A stretch of 50,357 bases of DNA, counting the filler, from Catajapyx aquilonaris (lineage: Eukaryota): NCBI GenBank assembly GCA_000934665.2. It is 2 parts of 2 records of this genome, joined end to end, with 100 filler letters (N's around TTAATTAATTAA, not from the genome) between each part and the next. Parts side by side here need not be neighbours in the genome. Positions count along the whole stretch, not along the records: positions 1 to 25,128 come from JYFJ02005418.1; 1 more part is not named here. One strand, written 5' to 3'. Position numbers and translations under genes: made by a program. Positions within the stretch are counted from its first letter, which is position 1. The number at the start of each line of letters is the position of its first letter. The notes under the pieces were generated by a model, which did no database searches, had not been told where the DNA came from, and saw only the letters and a list, made by a program, of their open reading frames with translations. Shown here one piece after another: positions 1 through 11,400 of this stretch.

Positions 1-2776
1 GATCATGAGGGTTGACACTGCATGGACAGTTCGGATCATAATTGGGATCACGTGGATTTGGACTACATCTTGGTGGCTGAGTCGGACGTGTTGTTGGGCG
101 TGTCGTTGGTCGTGTTGTAGGCCTCGTTGTTGGTCTAGGCGTTGGTCTTGGAGTTGTTGCTGGTGTTGGACATGATGGATCATAGTTTGGATCCCGAGGA
201 TTGTAACTGCATGGGCAGTTGGGGTCATAGTTCGGATCACGGGGATTTCTGCTGCACTTGCAATCCGGAGAATAATTAGGATCACGTGGGTTCACACTGC
301 ACGGACAGTTCGGATCATAGTTGGGATCACGAGGGTTTGGACTACATCTTGGTGGCTGAGTCGGACGTGTTGTTGGATATGTAAATGTTGTACGTGGCGT
401 AGTGTAAGTATATCCTGTGGTTCTGAACGGTGTAGTGGGACGTGTCGTTACACGTGTTGTTGGCCGCGTTGTTGGACGTGTTGTTGGACGTGTTGTGGGA
501 CGTGTTGTTGGCCTCGTTGTTGGCCTTGGAGTCGTTCCTGGTGTAGGACACGATGGATCGTAGTTGGGATCACGTGGATTGTAACTGCATGGGCAGTTGG
601 GGTCATAATTAGGATCTCTGGGATTTCTGCTGCACTTGCAATCCGGAGAATAATTAGGATCACGTGGGTTCACACTACAGGGACAATTGGGATCATAGTT
701 AGGGTCACGTGGATTAACACTGCATCTGCATTCCGGATAATAATTAGGATCACGAGGGTTGACACTGCAAGGACAATTTGGATCATAGTTGGGATCACGT
801 GGGTTAGGGCTGCATCTAGGCGGTTGTGTCGGACGTGTTGTTGGATATGTAAATGTTGTACGTGGAGTAGTGTAAGTGTATCCTGTGGTCCTAAAGGGCG
901 TTGTTGGGCGTGTCGTTACACGTGTTGTTGGTCGCGTTGTTGGTCGTGTTGTTGGACGTGTCGTTGGCCTAGGAGTTGGTCTTGTTGTTGCTGGGGTAGG
1001 ACATAACGGATCGTAGTTGGAATCACGTGGATTGTAACTGCAGGGACAGCCAGGATCATAATTTGGATCACGTGGATTAAGACTGCATTTGCAATCCGGA
1101 GAATAATTAGGATCACGAGGGTTGACACTGCATGGACAGTTCGGATCATAGTTGGGATCACGTGGATTTGGACTACATCTTGGTGGCTGAGTCGGACGTG
1201 TTGTTGGTCGCGTTGTTGGTCTCGTGGTTGGCCTAGGCGTTGGTCTTGTAGTTGGAGCTGGTGTAGGGCATAAAGGATCATAGTTGGGATCTCGAGGGTT
1301 GTAACTACATGGACAGTTGGGGTCATAGTTCGGATCACGGGGATTAAGACTGCATCTGCACGATGGGTCGTAATTAGGATCACGTGGATTAATGCTGCAT
1401 GGGCAATTAGGATCATAGTTTGGATCACGCGGATTCCTACTGCATCGACAATCCGGATAGTAATTAGGATCACGTGGATTAACACTGCATGGACAGTTCG
1501 GATCATAGTTGGGATCACGAGGGTTTGGACTGCATCTTGGTGGCTGAGTCGGACGTGTTGTCGGCCGTGTTGTTGGACGTGTTGTTGGACGAGGTGTACT
1601 CGGTGGATAAGTGAACGTCACTTTTGGTGTTGTGTAAATATATCCCGTAGTTCTTGGTGGCGTTGGCTGAGGTGTTGGCCTGGGAGTTGGTCTAGGACAT
1701 GACGGATCATAATTTGGATCACGAGGATTAAAACTGCATGGACAACTAGGATCATAGTTGGGATCACGTGGGTTTGGACTGCATCTAGGAGGTGGTGTCG
1801 GCCTAGGTGTCGGTCTAGGTGTCGGTCTAGGTGTCGGTCTAGGTGTGGGCCTTGGTGTTGGACTAGGACAGTATGGATCGTAGTTGGGATCACGCGGATT
1901 AAAACTGCAGGGGCAATTGGGATCATAGTTGGGATCACGTGGATTTGGACTGCATCTAGGAGGTGGTGTTGGTCTTGGTGTAGGAGCAGGTGTTGGTCTT
2001 GGTGTTGGACTAGGACAGGACGGATCATAATTAGGATCACGTGGATTATAACTGCAAGGACAATTGGGATCATAATTGGGATCACGTGGATTCCGACTGC
2101 ATCGACAATCGGGAGAGTAATTAGGATCACGTGGATTAACACTACATGGACAGTTCGGATCATAGTTGGGATCACGTGGGTTTGGACTGCATCTAGGTGG
2201 CTGAGTAGGTGGACGTGTTGGATATGTTACAGTTACTCTCGGTGTAGTGTACGTGTAGCCTGTTGTTCTGGGAGGTGTTGGCCTCGGTGTTGGCCTTTGT
2301 GTTGTCGGAGGTCCGGGACACAACGGATCATAATTCGGATCACGCGGATTGTAACTGCACGGACAACCAGGATCATAGTTGGGATCAAGTGGATTTCTAC
2401 TGCACTTGCAATCCGGAGAATAATTCGGATCTCGCGGGTTCACACTGCACGGACAGTTCGGATCATAGTTGGGATCACGAGGGTTTGGACTGCACCTAGG
2501 AGGTACAGTCACTCTCGGTGTAGTGTAAGTGTAACCCGTTGTAACAGGCGGTTGAGTCCTTGGTGTCGGCCTGAACGTCGGCGGTGGCGACGGTCTGGGA
2601 CACGACGGATCATAATTGGGATCACGAGGGTTGTAGCTGCACGGACAGTTCGGATCATAGTTGGGATCACGTGGATTCCTACTGCATCGGCAATCCGATG
2701 AGTAGTTAGGATCACGCGGATTCACACTGCATGGACAGTTCGGATCATAGTTGGGATCAAATCTATTCGGACTGCA
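1..2776 (-). repeat. Coding tandem repeat with a 45-nt (15-aa) unit in blocks, plus 12-nt PTTR/PTPR linker repeats
   Basis: GGATCAC recurs at 45-nt spacing (e.g. 1332, 1377, 1422). Blocks of 4,4,4,2,2,6,4,6,4 units plus a truncated tenth block. Confidence 0.93.
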
Positions 2777-3289
2777 TTGTTGAGGCCTTTTAGTTGTTCT
2801 TGGAGGCAGTGTGAACGGAGATGAAGGCTCCGGATACCCATATCCGGTATGAGCAGTCGTCTGTGTGGGTCTAGGTCTTCTAGTAGTTTTTCTAGATGGC
2901 AATATCCCCTGCGAGTCTATCTGCTCATATTGCTCAATCACCAATCCGGTTGAGTCTATCTCCGTATTGACCAATCTGGGCGGACTTGGCTTGTCATTGT
3001 GTCCAATCCGGTTTGAATCGGCGCACAGGAAGCTGTGAAAAGGATGGCTGCACTTGTCATACTCGTCGGTCCTACGAGGTTTCCGCACTTTTGGTCCGTC
3101 GTGTACTAAGTTGCTGGCATCGTTCTCTTCTTCCGGATCTTGGGAGACCTCATCGGATTTCTGACCATGTCCAGCATTTTCCGGTGATGGTGAAAGAATA
3201 GGGACGGAGAAGGTGGGCTGGATATGGGAAGGTTCTTCTCCGATACTAATTTCCGCACAAAGGAAAATGAGGATGGAGAAGTGCAATAT
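1..3289 (-). CDS. Large coding exon (3'-partial, runs off window start) of a probably secreted Cys/Pro/Thr-rich tandem-repeat protein
   Basis: Acceptor ttttccAG at 3291-3290, then one open frame to position 2 (same frame at both ends; none of the listed minus-strand ORFs lie in it). Translation: ILHFSILIFLCAEISIG (signal-peptide-like), an acidic/low-complexity region, then repeats CSPNPRDPNYDPNCP-CSVNPRDPNYSPDCK with PTTR/PTPR linkers. Repeat copies differ mostly at synonymous positions. Confidence 0.88.
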   Translation of the reverse strand, partial: MLHFSILIFLCAEISIGEEPSHIQPTFSVPILSPSPENAGHGQKSDEVSQDPEEENDASNLVHDGPKVRKPRRTDEYDKCSHPFHSFLCADSNRIGHNDKPSPPRLVNTEIDSTGLVIEQYEQIDSQGILPSRKTTRRPRPTQTTAHTGYGYPEPSSPFTLPPRTTKRPQQCSPNRFDPNYDPNCPCSVNPRDPNYSSDCRCSRNPRDPNYDPNCPCSYNPRDPNYDPSCPRPSPPPTFRPTPRTQPPVTTGYTYTTPRVTVPPRCSPNPRDPNYDPNCPCSVNPRDPNYSPDCKCSRNPLDPNYDPGCPCSYNPRDPNYDPLCPGPPTTQRPTPRPTPPRTTGYTYTTPRVTVTYPTRPPTQPPRCSPNPRDPNYDPNCPCSVNPRDPNYSPDCRCSRNPRDPNYDPNCPCSYNPRDPNYDPSCPSPTPRPTPAPTPRPTPPPRCSPNPRDPNYDPNCPCSFNPRDPNYDPYCPSPTPRPTPRPTPRPTPRPTPRPTPPPRCSPNPRDPNYDPSCPCSFNPRDPNYDPSCPRPTPRPTPQPTPPRTTGYIYTTPKVTFTYPPSTPRPTTRPTTRPTTRPTQPPRCSPNPRDPNYDPNCPCSVNPRDPNYYPDCRCSRNPRDPNYDPNCPCSINPRDPNYDPSCRCSLNPRDPNYDPNCPCSYNPRDPNYDPLCPTPAPTTRPTPRPTTRPTTRPTTRPTQPPRCSPNPRDPNYDPNCPCSVNPRDPNYSPDCKCSLNPRDPNYDPGCPCSYNPRDSNYDPLCPTPATTRPTPRPTTRPTTRPTTRPTTRVTTRPTTPFRTTGYTYTTPRTTFTYPTTRPTQPPRCSPNPRDPNYDPNCPCSVNPRDPNYYPECRCSVNPRDPNYDPNCPCSVNPRDPNYSPDCKCSRNPRDPNYDPNCPCSYNPRDPNYDPSCPTPGTTPRPTTRPTTRPTTRPTTRPTTRPTTRVTTRPTTPFRTTGYTYTTPRTTFTYPTTRPTQPPRCSPNPRDPNYDPNCPCSVNPRDPNYSPDCKCSRNPRDPNYDPNCPCSYNPRDPNYDPSCPTPATTPRPTPRPTTRPTTRPTTRPTTRPTQPPRCSPNPRDPNYDPNCPCSVNPHD

Positions 3290-5419
3290 CTGGAAAAAGG
3301 TTTTGAACAATAATGAATAGAAAGTCTTGAGAACCTTTCGGTACAGTATAGCTATATAGTCAGGAAGGCGGGAGCTTGTTATTATGCAAAAGAGGCTTAC
3401 AAAGTAGTCCATCTGTGATATCTTGTAAAAAGGTTTGCTAATTGGCATATTGAATGTTGAAGGGTATATCGATCAGGCTCATCCTATGAGTATTTTGACA
3501 AAATGCTTGATTCGCTGAGATTCATCAGTTTATAAAATTAGTTAATTGTCTCGTTCTAAATGGGTGAGAAATAAGTGAGGGCTTGATATGAACAGATAAT
3601 CTGCTCAAAATAATAAAGTAAGAGCAGGGTGCATGTTGGCTCGTTATAAGACTTGTTATTAATTTACAGCTGGATCATCCTGCTCTAAAGGCGTTACAAT
3701 AAGTCGCCTTGATTTATTTTCCAAGTAATTGTTCCTAACCATGCAACATTTTTCCACAAAAAAACACAACCCTTCAACACATATAAGTGTGAATTATTAT
3801 ATGCTCCCTTTACCACATAATTAAATCTCACAACGTATTACAATTTGTGCATGTAAAGACTACTAAATCAAGATTGATCACTAAGTTTACTATCAGTTAT
3901 GTAACAGCTTAACGGAAGTTTACTGTTGTGTATGATCCGATATAATCTGGGCCGCTGATTAGGCGCCACATGTAGGTTACTCGAATGAACGACCGTCACC
4001 TTTTAAAGTGGCCATGGCTGACGACAATGGCCTTGTCCTTCGATATACACTCCAGATTTCACAAGACTTGGCAACCAGAAAAAAGTCAAGTACAAGGTCC
4101 TTAATTAAGACAGTATGCCTGCTAGTGTAATAAATCCATATTGTTCATCACTTTATAGCCGCAATTTTCTGCTCATCACTTTCCCCTGTCGTACAACATG
4201 TACACTGTATACAGTAATAGTTGTGTGGACGGAACTCCATCCGTTACATGAGGAGAAAGTGTGACGTTCATCGATTGCGAATTGTCTCTCCCAAGATTTT
4301 TTTTCTCTCTCCTCCACTTCCCTTTATGATAGGCAGAGAACCTCATATTTCAACCCCGTTTGTCCCATCAAAATAAAGTTTCCTCGCAGGCTTTAGATGC
4401 CAAAGTTCACAGCCGTGGTGTTGCCTACCCTCCTCTCACTCTTGACCCCGAAACAGGCAACGCCAATGCGGAATAAATAAATTCTTGGGCGTATTGTTGC
4501 GTGTGCTCCACAGAAAAAATAGTATGTTTCAAGCAAGTTCACGGACCTTTAGACGCGCTTTTATTTCGTATACACCCATATAATACCTGCAATAAGGTGA
4601 TAAGTACTCGATTTTGCACCCAGACGTTCATTACGTAACCTTCGATTCTTTTTCAAGTGGTACAGTTAGCCCAACATACATACTTGAATACAAGGCCCTA
4701 ATGAAACTTCAATTCAATGCTAATTTTAATGAGAAGGTTAATAAATTCATGATAATGTTGCAGTGAATTTGTGTGCATTTGAAGTGTATAACTTCAGGCG
4801 AATTTAATTTATAAGAAAATTGTTGTTTTATTTCAATTAAGTTAATGAAAATTACGGTATATGCTGTAACCAAATTTCAAGTTCAGTAATTATGATTTAA
4901 TTTTATGTTCGTGAATATTTCATTGACATTTTTTTAATCTAAAGGAAATTGGGATGTTTTAAATGCCTTTTTAATGCAAAAATGAGGCCTTGGTAAGGGT
5001 TTATCTAATTCAATATCCATTCTCTTTGTGATAATCTACTTTTGCAATATGACATGTTGTCTTATGTGAATATTTTCGTACACATTTTTATGCACATAAT
5101 AATTATTGCACGTGATTTTGATGAGGATAATTTTTATGTTATTCAAAATTGGCATTACTCTCATCCACATCACATCTATGCACTCATATATACAGGGGAA
5201 AGAAGGTTCGTCATTTCTGAAGGGGGTTAACGGCCAGCTTGTGCAAGCGGCATGTCCTTTCATTAAATTACCTGCAGAGGAAAAGGTATATGCCGAAAGG
5301 AATCGGGTCAAAAGAATCTTCCAGGAAATAACTTCTCTTTTTTTGTGCAATACGTTTTTTTTATCTTCTTGAGAGAAGAGAATGGGATGGTAAAGTTGAT
5401 GGTGCAGTATCAATAATAC

Positions 5420-5440
5420 GTTCCTCAGACTTAAAAACAT
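5420..5440 (-). CDS. Candidate first coding micro-exon (MFLSLRN) of the repeat-protein gene
   Basis: ATG at 5440 and a phase-0 donor AAC|GTATTA. Splicing to 3289 gives MFLSLRNILHFSILIFLCAEISIG, a plausible signal peptide; TCAGT lies just upstream. The donor is weak, and an alternative exists (MVE|GTATAG at 22769-22761). Confidence 0.25.
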
Positions 5441-8400
5441 GGGAACTGTACTGAACGTCGGTCGGGGGCTTTAGTGCATATCCCCATTAACTATTATCGG
5501 GGGCTCTACAGTTTCTTAAGAATATATCGGGAGTCCTCCAGATGTAGACATTACTGTAATGGCAGCAATTTGAGATGGTTCGAATCGAAATGGAAGTCAG
5601 TTTTAGTGGATTACAATGTCAAAAGTCCTGAGTAGACTTCGCTTATTCTTCTCCATCAACCGACCTCAATTAAGAGTGGTTGGTTCGAAGTGTACAGCAA
5701 AATAGCAATATTAACATGTAATTATTAATCAATTCATATCGTTCAAAATTATCCATAATATGTGTACTGTATAGCCTATGCTCTTCTGAACAGCACTGGA
5801 TTAAAATAATCCAGTGCATGAAAGGTACTTTTAATAAGCCAATTAACACTGGGTAATTATCCAGCTAGATAGCTCCTATTGATCGGATCTTGAGAATATT
5901 TCGATAGTAAAACAATTCATGAATATTTAAAGAGGTATGGGTAGGCTACACTGTATTACATACTGATTAATATTTGTGAATTACAAACAATGGTAATCCT
6001 AATACTACAACCTGGCCAAAATATACTACAATGGTCTGCTAATAAAATTGTTATTTTATTATTACTTTTGTCTGTAAACTTTAATTTTATATTATTTTCT
6101 CTTGTCATATTATACTTTTCACAATCTGCTTCAAATATGTAACGGATAAAATTATTTCCATTTTTAATTATAAGTACGAATTATTCAAAATGTTTCAGAC
6201 CTATTTAAAAAAAGTAATTGCCCTCTCCTATAAGAATATAAGAATTGTAATGCCATATTTTGTTACATTTTAATACATTCCGACTTAATTTTTCAATTGT
6301 ATCATTTGTTCAATTTTTAAACTCATACTCGTACATCCTACATCGTAGAAATCCCTTCCTCCGTATTATTTTATTGGACGCAATAACCAAACTTGTAAAT
6401 ATGTTCTTCTCCAGCACCATACCCCAATAACGGTACATGTTTATGACATCTATTAGGCCGACTTACATAACTACACACAAAAAAAACTCTACGTGTTGGG
6501 TTCTTAAAGCAGAGGCACTTTCACGTACAGTACTTCCAATAATGCCGTTAGGCCAAGCAGGCAAGTGAAAAAAAAAAGCTTTTTTGCCTGGAGGTTCTTT
6601 CCCCCCTGCAAACAAGGTTACGTGACAGCCTTGGGAATTACGAAACAGAACGATGCCGCCTACTTTACAGAGTCTAGCAAAAAAAATATTGTATATGAAG
6701 AAGTGGGGCCAAATTAAACAACTGGTAGTGTTCCATCTTGCTAGAAAATGTTAATCATATTCATAAAGGAGTTGGCACACTAAGCCTTCTTTTTTTCCCT
6801 CCAATATTCTTAAATCCTAAGTTGTTATGGAAATTGCAACGTCTCAAGACGAGGCGCAATGATATAATGAACGGTGTGGAGGATGAGGATATGTTCCCAG
6901 ATGTCCAGGTCGTAAATTTTAAACTGCTGGGACTAACACTAAAGCCCGGTTTCATAATTAAGAGGTTTCTACATTCGACCGTTTCAAGAGGAACTGCTTC
7001 GAGCGTAATCGGTTGGAACATCAATTGTTATTGATTATAATATATAATATGTCCTTTTAGATTATCTTTAAATTTCCCGTCTGTCATATTTATGTGACAC
7101 ATGAACTTGTAAGCCTTCGTAGCTCAATATTATCTATTCAGTACTACACAACACATAATTACCTCTAAAGTATAATAATTACTAATTGTTATGATTAATA
7201 GTACATATTGCAAAACTCAAAAAATACCAAGTAATGTGCCTTTCATAAGCTGCCTACATTAGCGCTATGCTTAACTTGCTAATGTCTTGTGGCCAACTGT
7301 GCAAGTGAAAGGATGCTTAAAAGTATGTTTTAAAAATAGCAGTAGATTAGCTCGAGTCCTTGCATTGATGTAAAAACCGGTATGCATATTATTACATCAC
7401 TCTATGACCTTAATCAAACTAGAGTGACACATATTTTAAAAACCAGTTTTCTAAATCCAGGTGCTAAACAATATGTGGGGTTCAAGGCCAGGCAGTTCCA
7501 AGCAAACACGGGCAGCCTTACAAGACAAATTGTATTAATATCAAGCATATTACGTAAGATGTAAAATTCCATTTTAAAAAATCTTAACTACACTTAACCT
7601 ACATTATCAGGGTGAATGGGAGGAAAGATGGGCCCTTTCGCGTATTTTTTTAAGTTCTTTATAAATGTGCCTCTCTCTTCATCTACCTCAAGGAAATTTG
7701 AGATTTATAATGGTCTCCTTGTTACTGCCTTGGCAACTAGGTAATTATATGCAATTACAAAAAAATTTACCTCGTTTCACACATGTATCGTCTCATTATA
7801 ATACGTGTTGATTTTTCTAGACATTATGTTCAATTGCAATGGGCATGTTTTCAACACTATAGTGTATTGTGGTGTTTTAATTTACATAATAGTTTTGGCA
7901 AAATATTTTAAACAGGTGCACATCCACAAACTTTTGCAATAATTCCATTAAATGAATAGAAATGAACGTGATCCTTGTTTGGACTTTTTTATAAATAAAT
8001 TAGGCCAGTTATAGAATTCGAATAATTTTTTTTGTTCATCTCAGCGGATGCATATTGACTTGTTAACATATTTTAAAAATAGTCTGCATTGATTCTTAAA
8101 TATAAAAAATTAACAACACTTCTAGGAACATTCTGCAAAAACTGAACTTTAATAGTCAATAATATAATCCTATAAAATGTTTATTACTCACGCTCTAAAA
8201 ATTTCACTTCATAACTACTCATCGTCCTCTTAATTTACATGCAGCAATACGAATTCCATGTAATATGTTTCACTTCGTTTCTCACACAAATTACACTCCA
8301 AAACACGCCAAACTGTGACCATGTTTTTGTCCTTGACCACTGAACCATTGTAATCTCAACCAACCGAATGGGACACTACATTTCAATGTAGGCCTACTAG

Positions 8401-11400
8401 GACACCTCTATTTTTCCCCCCCAAAAAAACCCAGCTCGATAGGGAAATACATCCGGAAGTTCTACACAGCCCTGAAACTTAGGCCATTGGGATTGTCGCA
8501 GTCCTTTCCACCCCAAAAAAATACCGTGCGATAAATCGTCCATTGTTTCGCATATACGGGGTGTGCCGAACGCTATTAAAGCCTTTAAAGTTAGCCCTGG
8601 AGGTATGCCTTCAGCTTTAAAACTTCCTGCACGAAGAGTCAGTCTCATGTTGTTCTTCCGGATCAACTTTGTCCCAGTTAACCATCGAAGACATCATGTG
8701 TGTACAAATTTTTGGGATGTAATTATTTGAAAATAATACTTGAACACTTTCAGGAAGGGAAATTTGCATTCAAGCCCCCCAGAGGTTGTTTTTTTTCCAA
8801 ACTGTGCGAGTGTCCTGTCAATATTTGGACGGAGGGGAAAGTGACGCCTTCACAAAGAGTCTTCTTCGACTGGGGATGTGGGTCACACGTTACTCAATAC
8901 GGAACATGCGTGTGCATATGCTGCCGTAACATTCTTGGACACAAAAAAAAGTCCGTGTCGATGAGCTATAGCGACTTCCGCAAGTTTCTGTCAATTTTAG
9001 TATTGTTCACATGTATTGCACAAAGCAAAAGAGGTTAATCAAGTGTATAAATGCAAATTTTATGCGATGCCAACTTGCGCTATGAGTTCAAATTATGAGC
9101 AGATTTCTGTGAGAAATTGCTTAAACGTCTTATAATTTTATCACAAAAATGTTTAAATGTCATATTATCCATTTCATTGATTTAATTTTAATTTCAAAAT
9201 AATTCGAAAACAGTTTTTGCCAAAAAAATTAATTAAACTAATTAAAACTTTTAATTGAATAAACTACAGGATGGTGTGACACTACTTGTTGATTGTTGGT
9301 ATAATTAAATATGGTTGTATTCATAAAGTTCACTCACACAAACTTTACGACACCAGCATGATTCGCGAAAGGCATTGTTAGGCCCTTACTAATTAACTGC
9401 AATTAGCAATGGCGTAAAAATTTAAATTAGCTTCCTCAGAAATGTATACACTTTGCACAGTTCACAAAATAATATTATTGCCTATCTCAAATTTTAAAAA
9501 ATTATATCCGCTTTAAAATTATCACTATCCACTTTCCATCGTTCTCCATCTCCACCCCTAGCAATATGCTTAAAACACTCTGCACGACACCAAAAAATCC
9601 TCCATAGCCATAAAAATCCTGGGGAGCTTTCCGTACAAATCGCACTCTCACGCTTCACTGCCTTCAAAATGGAGTTACGTCCACATAAAAAAACTTAAAT
9701 CGATAGTTGCACCAAATCACAATCACAATCCACACTTACCCAGCCCATCACGACTCATTCGTAAAAAAAAATAATATAAAAAAAAAATTTGAGCACAAGA
9801 TTCAATTCCTATGTCTTGAACTCATCCTTCCCCCGGCAAGCAAAAGTCACTTATGTTCCTTATCAGGCGTATCGGAGGTCTTATATATGGAAAAAATGGT
9901 TGCTGGATAAAGACTACCAGCAACCTGTGCTGGATTCAAGGTAAGAAGAGGCTCATTCGCTGGCCGCCGAACTATGGGGATGAGCCTTTAAAGGACGTAC
10001 TTTCACATCTTCCAGTACAACACGTGACTTCAAAGGAGCTCGATACATACATGCTGCTTGAGGTGCAAGAGAAAGGTGTATTCCTCTCGCTGATGCAAGC
10101 ACAGGTCATAAGTTCACTTACTCAATGTCAGTTGGCCGGCAATATATGACTGCGCAATTATATGATGCACTAGAATCACTTGTTTAATTGTAAAAAAAAA
10201 TCAACAAATCCTATTAGCACCGATGATCAGTATATAAAATTTCTGCAAATTTATTAAAGAATGGGAACAATTATTTTAAATGGAACTTAGGCCCGGTTGT
10301 CTACTACTGGTAGCCTCAACTGAGGGTTTGTCCTTGTTATTAATTATTGGGAAGAATGAGCCAAACAATAATTATCCAGGAAAAAACCACCTAAGCGGGA
10401 GTGAGGCCATAAACCTTCAAAGGTGAAACTGGGCCTAAGGGCTTGTGAAGTCAGTATACCCTTCTATGGTTGGATTTACTGTAATTATATGACTATAGCT
10501 GTAAGTGCTTGGGAACCGATTTAATTGTGTGCGTATAAAGCAAGTACATTTACAGCGTTGACAATTTTTGTTCACTTTTTGCTCTGGTTCTGTACCTTAT
10601 GCCATTAGATCACTGACGACATTGGAACTAGAAGGTGCCGAGAAGGTGTGTAAACAATGTAATTCATGGGTGCGGTGCCCTCAATAAAGTAATAGGTGAT
10701 GGACATTACTTACTGGTGACATCAGCCCACAAAAAATGTACCCTACTATTTAAATGGCTCATGTATCTATTTTATACTAGAACAATATCATGACTAAGCA
10801 CTATTTCGGTCGTACTTTTACGATGTGAAGTGCTTGCAACAACGTCATATCCGTTATTATGCTGTAAAAAAAATTTGTCCAGCAAGACCTACACACTACA
10901 CAATGCTTTTCACACGCAACCTGCTGTACGGCACGGAAATGCAGTTATGCACTTAGTTAACTTTGGCATTTTATATGACAGGTGTTTATAACAAATTAAT
11001 GTGCATAAATACCTGTTTCTAGCTACAAAAATATAACTACCGAATCTTGCTACTTTTTTTGTACAGGTAGCACGCGGATATAATAGTACACCTTCCTATT
11101 CCGTAAGTGCAATAGGGAGTGATTGATATCCTCTATAAAAATAATTACAGTAATTTCCTTGACCACTACAAAAATTCTCTACGGTGTGCCCAGAAGCAAT
11201 AGAGCAATCAAGGCCACTGCCGTATGCTAATCAACCACTTTCTTTGAGGTCACAGAAGGTGTGGGCGTTTTATATAGAGAAAACAACACACATCTGACAA
11301 GGCTGGCTAAACCACTCTTGGTTCAGCACATTGGTGGGACACAAAAAGGTGACATAATTAGCATTATGCTCCATTACGCAATCACACATCCCTGAGAATT

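Noticed and set aside
342..2715. Listed ORFs rich in Ile/Val/His or Cys/Trp over the repeat region
   Set aside because: Shadow frames of the true minus-strand reading frame.
1..2776. CRISPR-like or satellite array of GGATCAC repeats
   Set aside because: No unique spacers; the period is a multiple of 3 with synonymous variation in one open frame; eukaryotic context.
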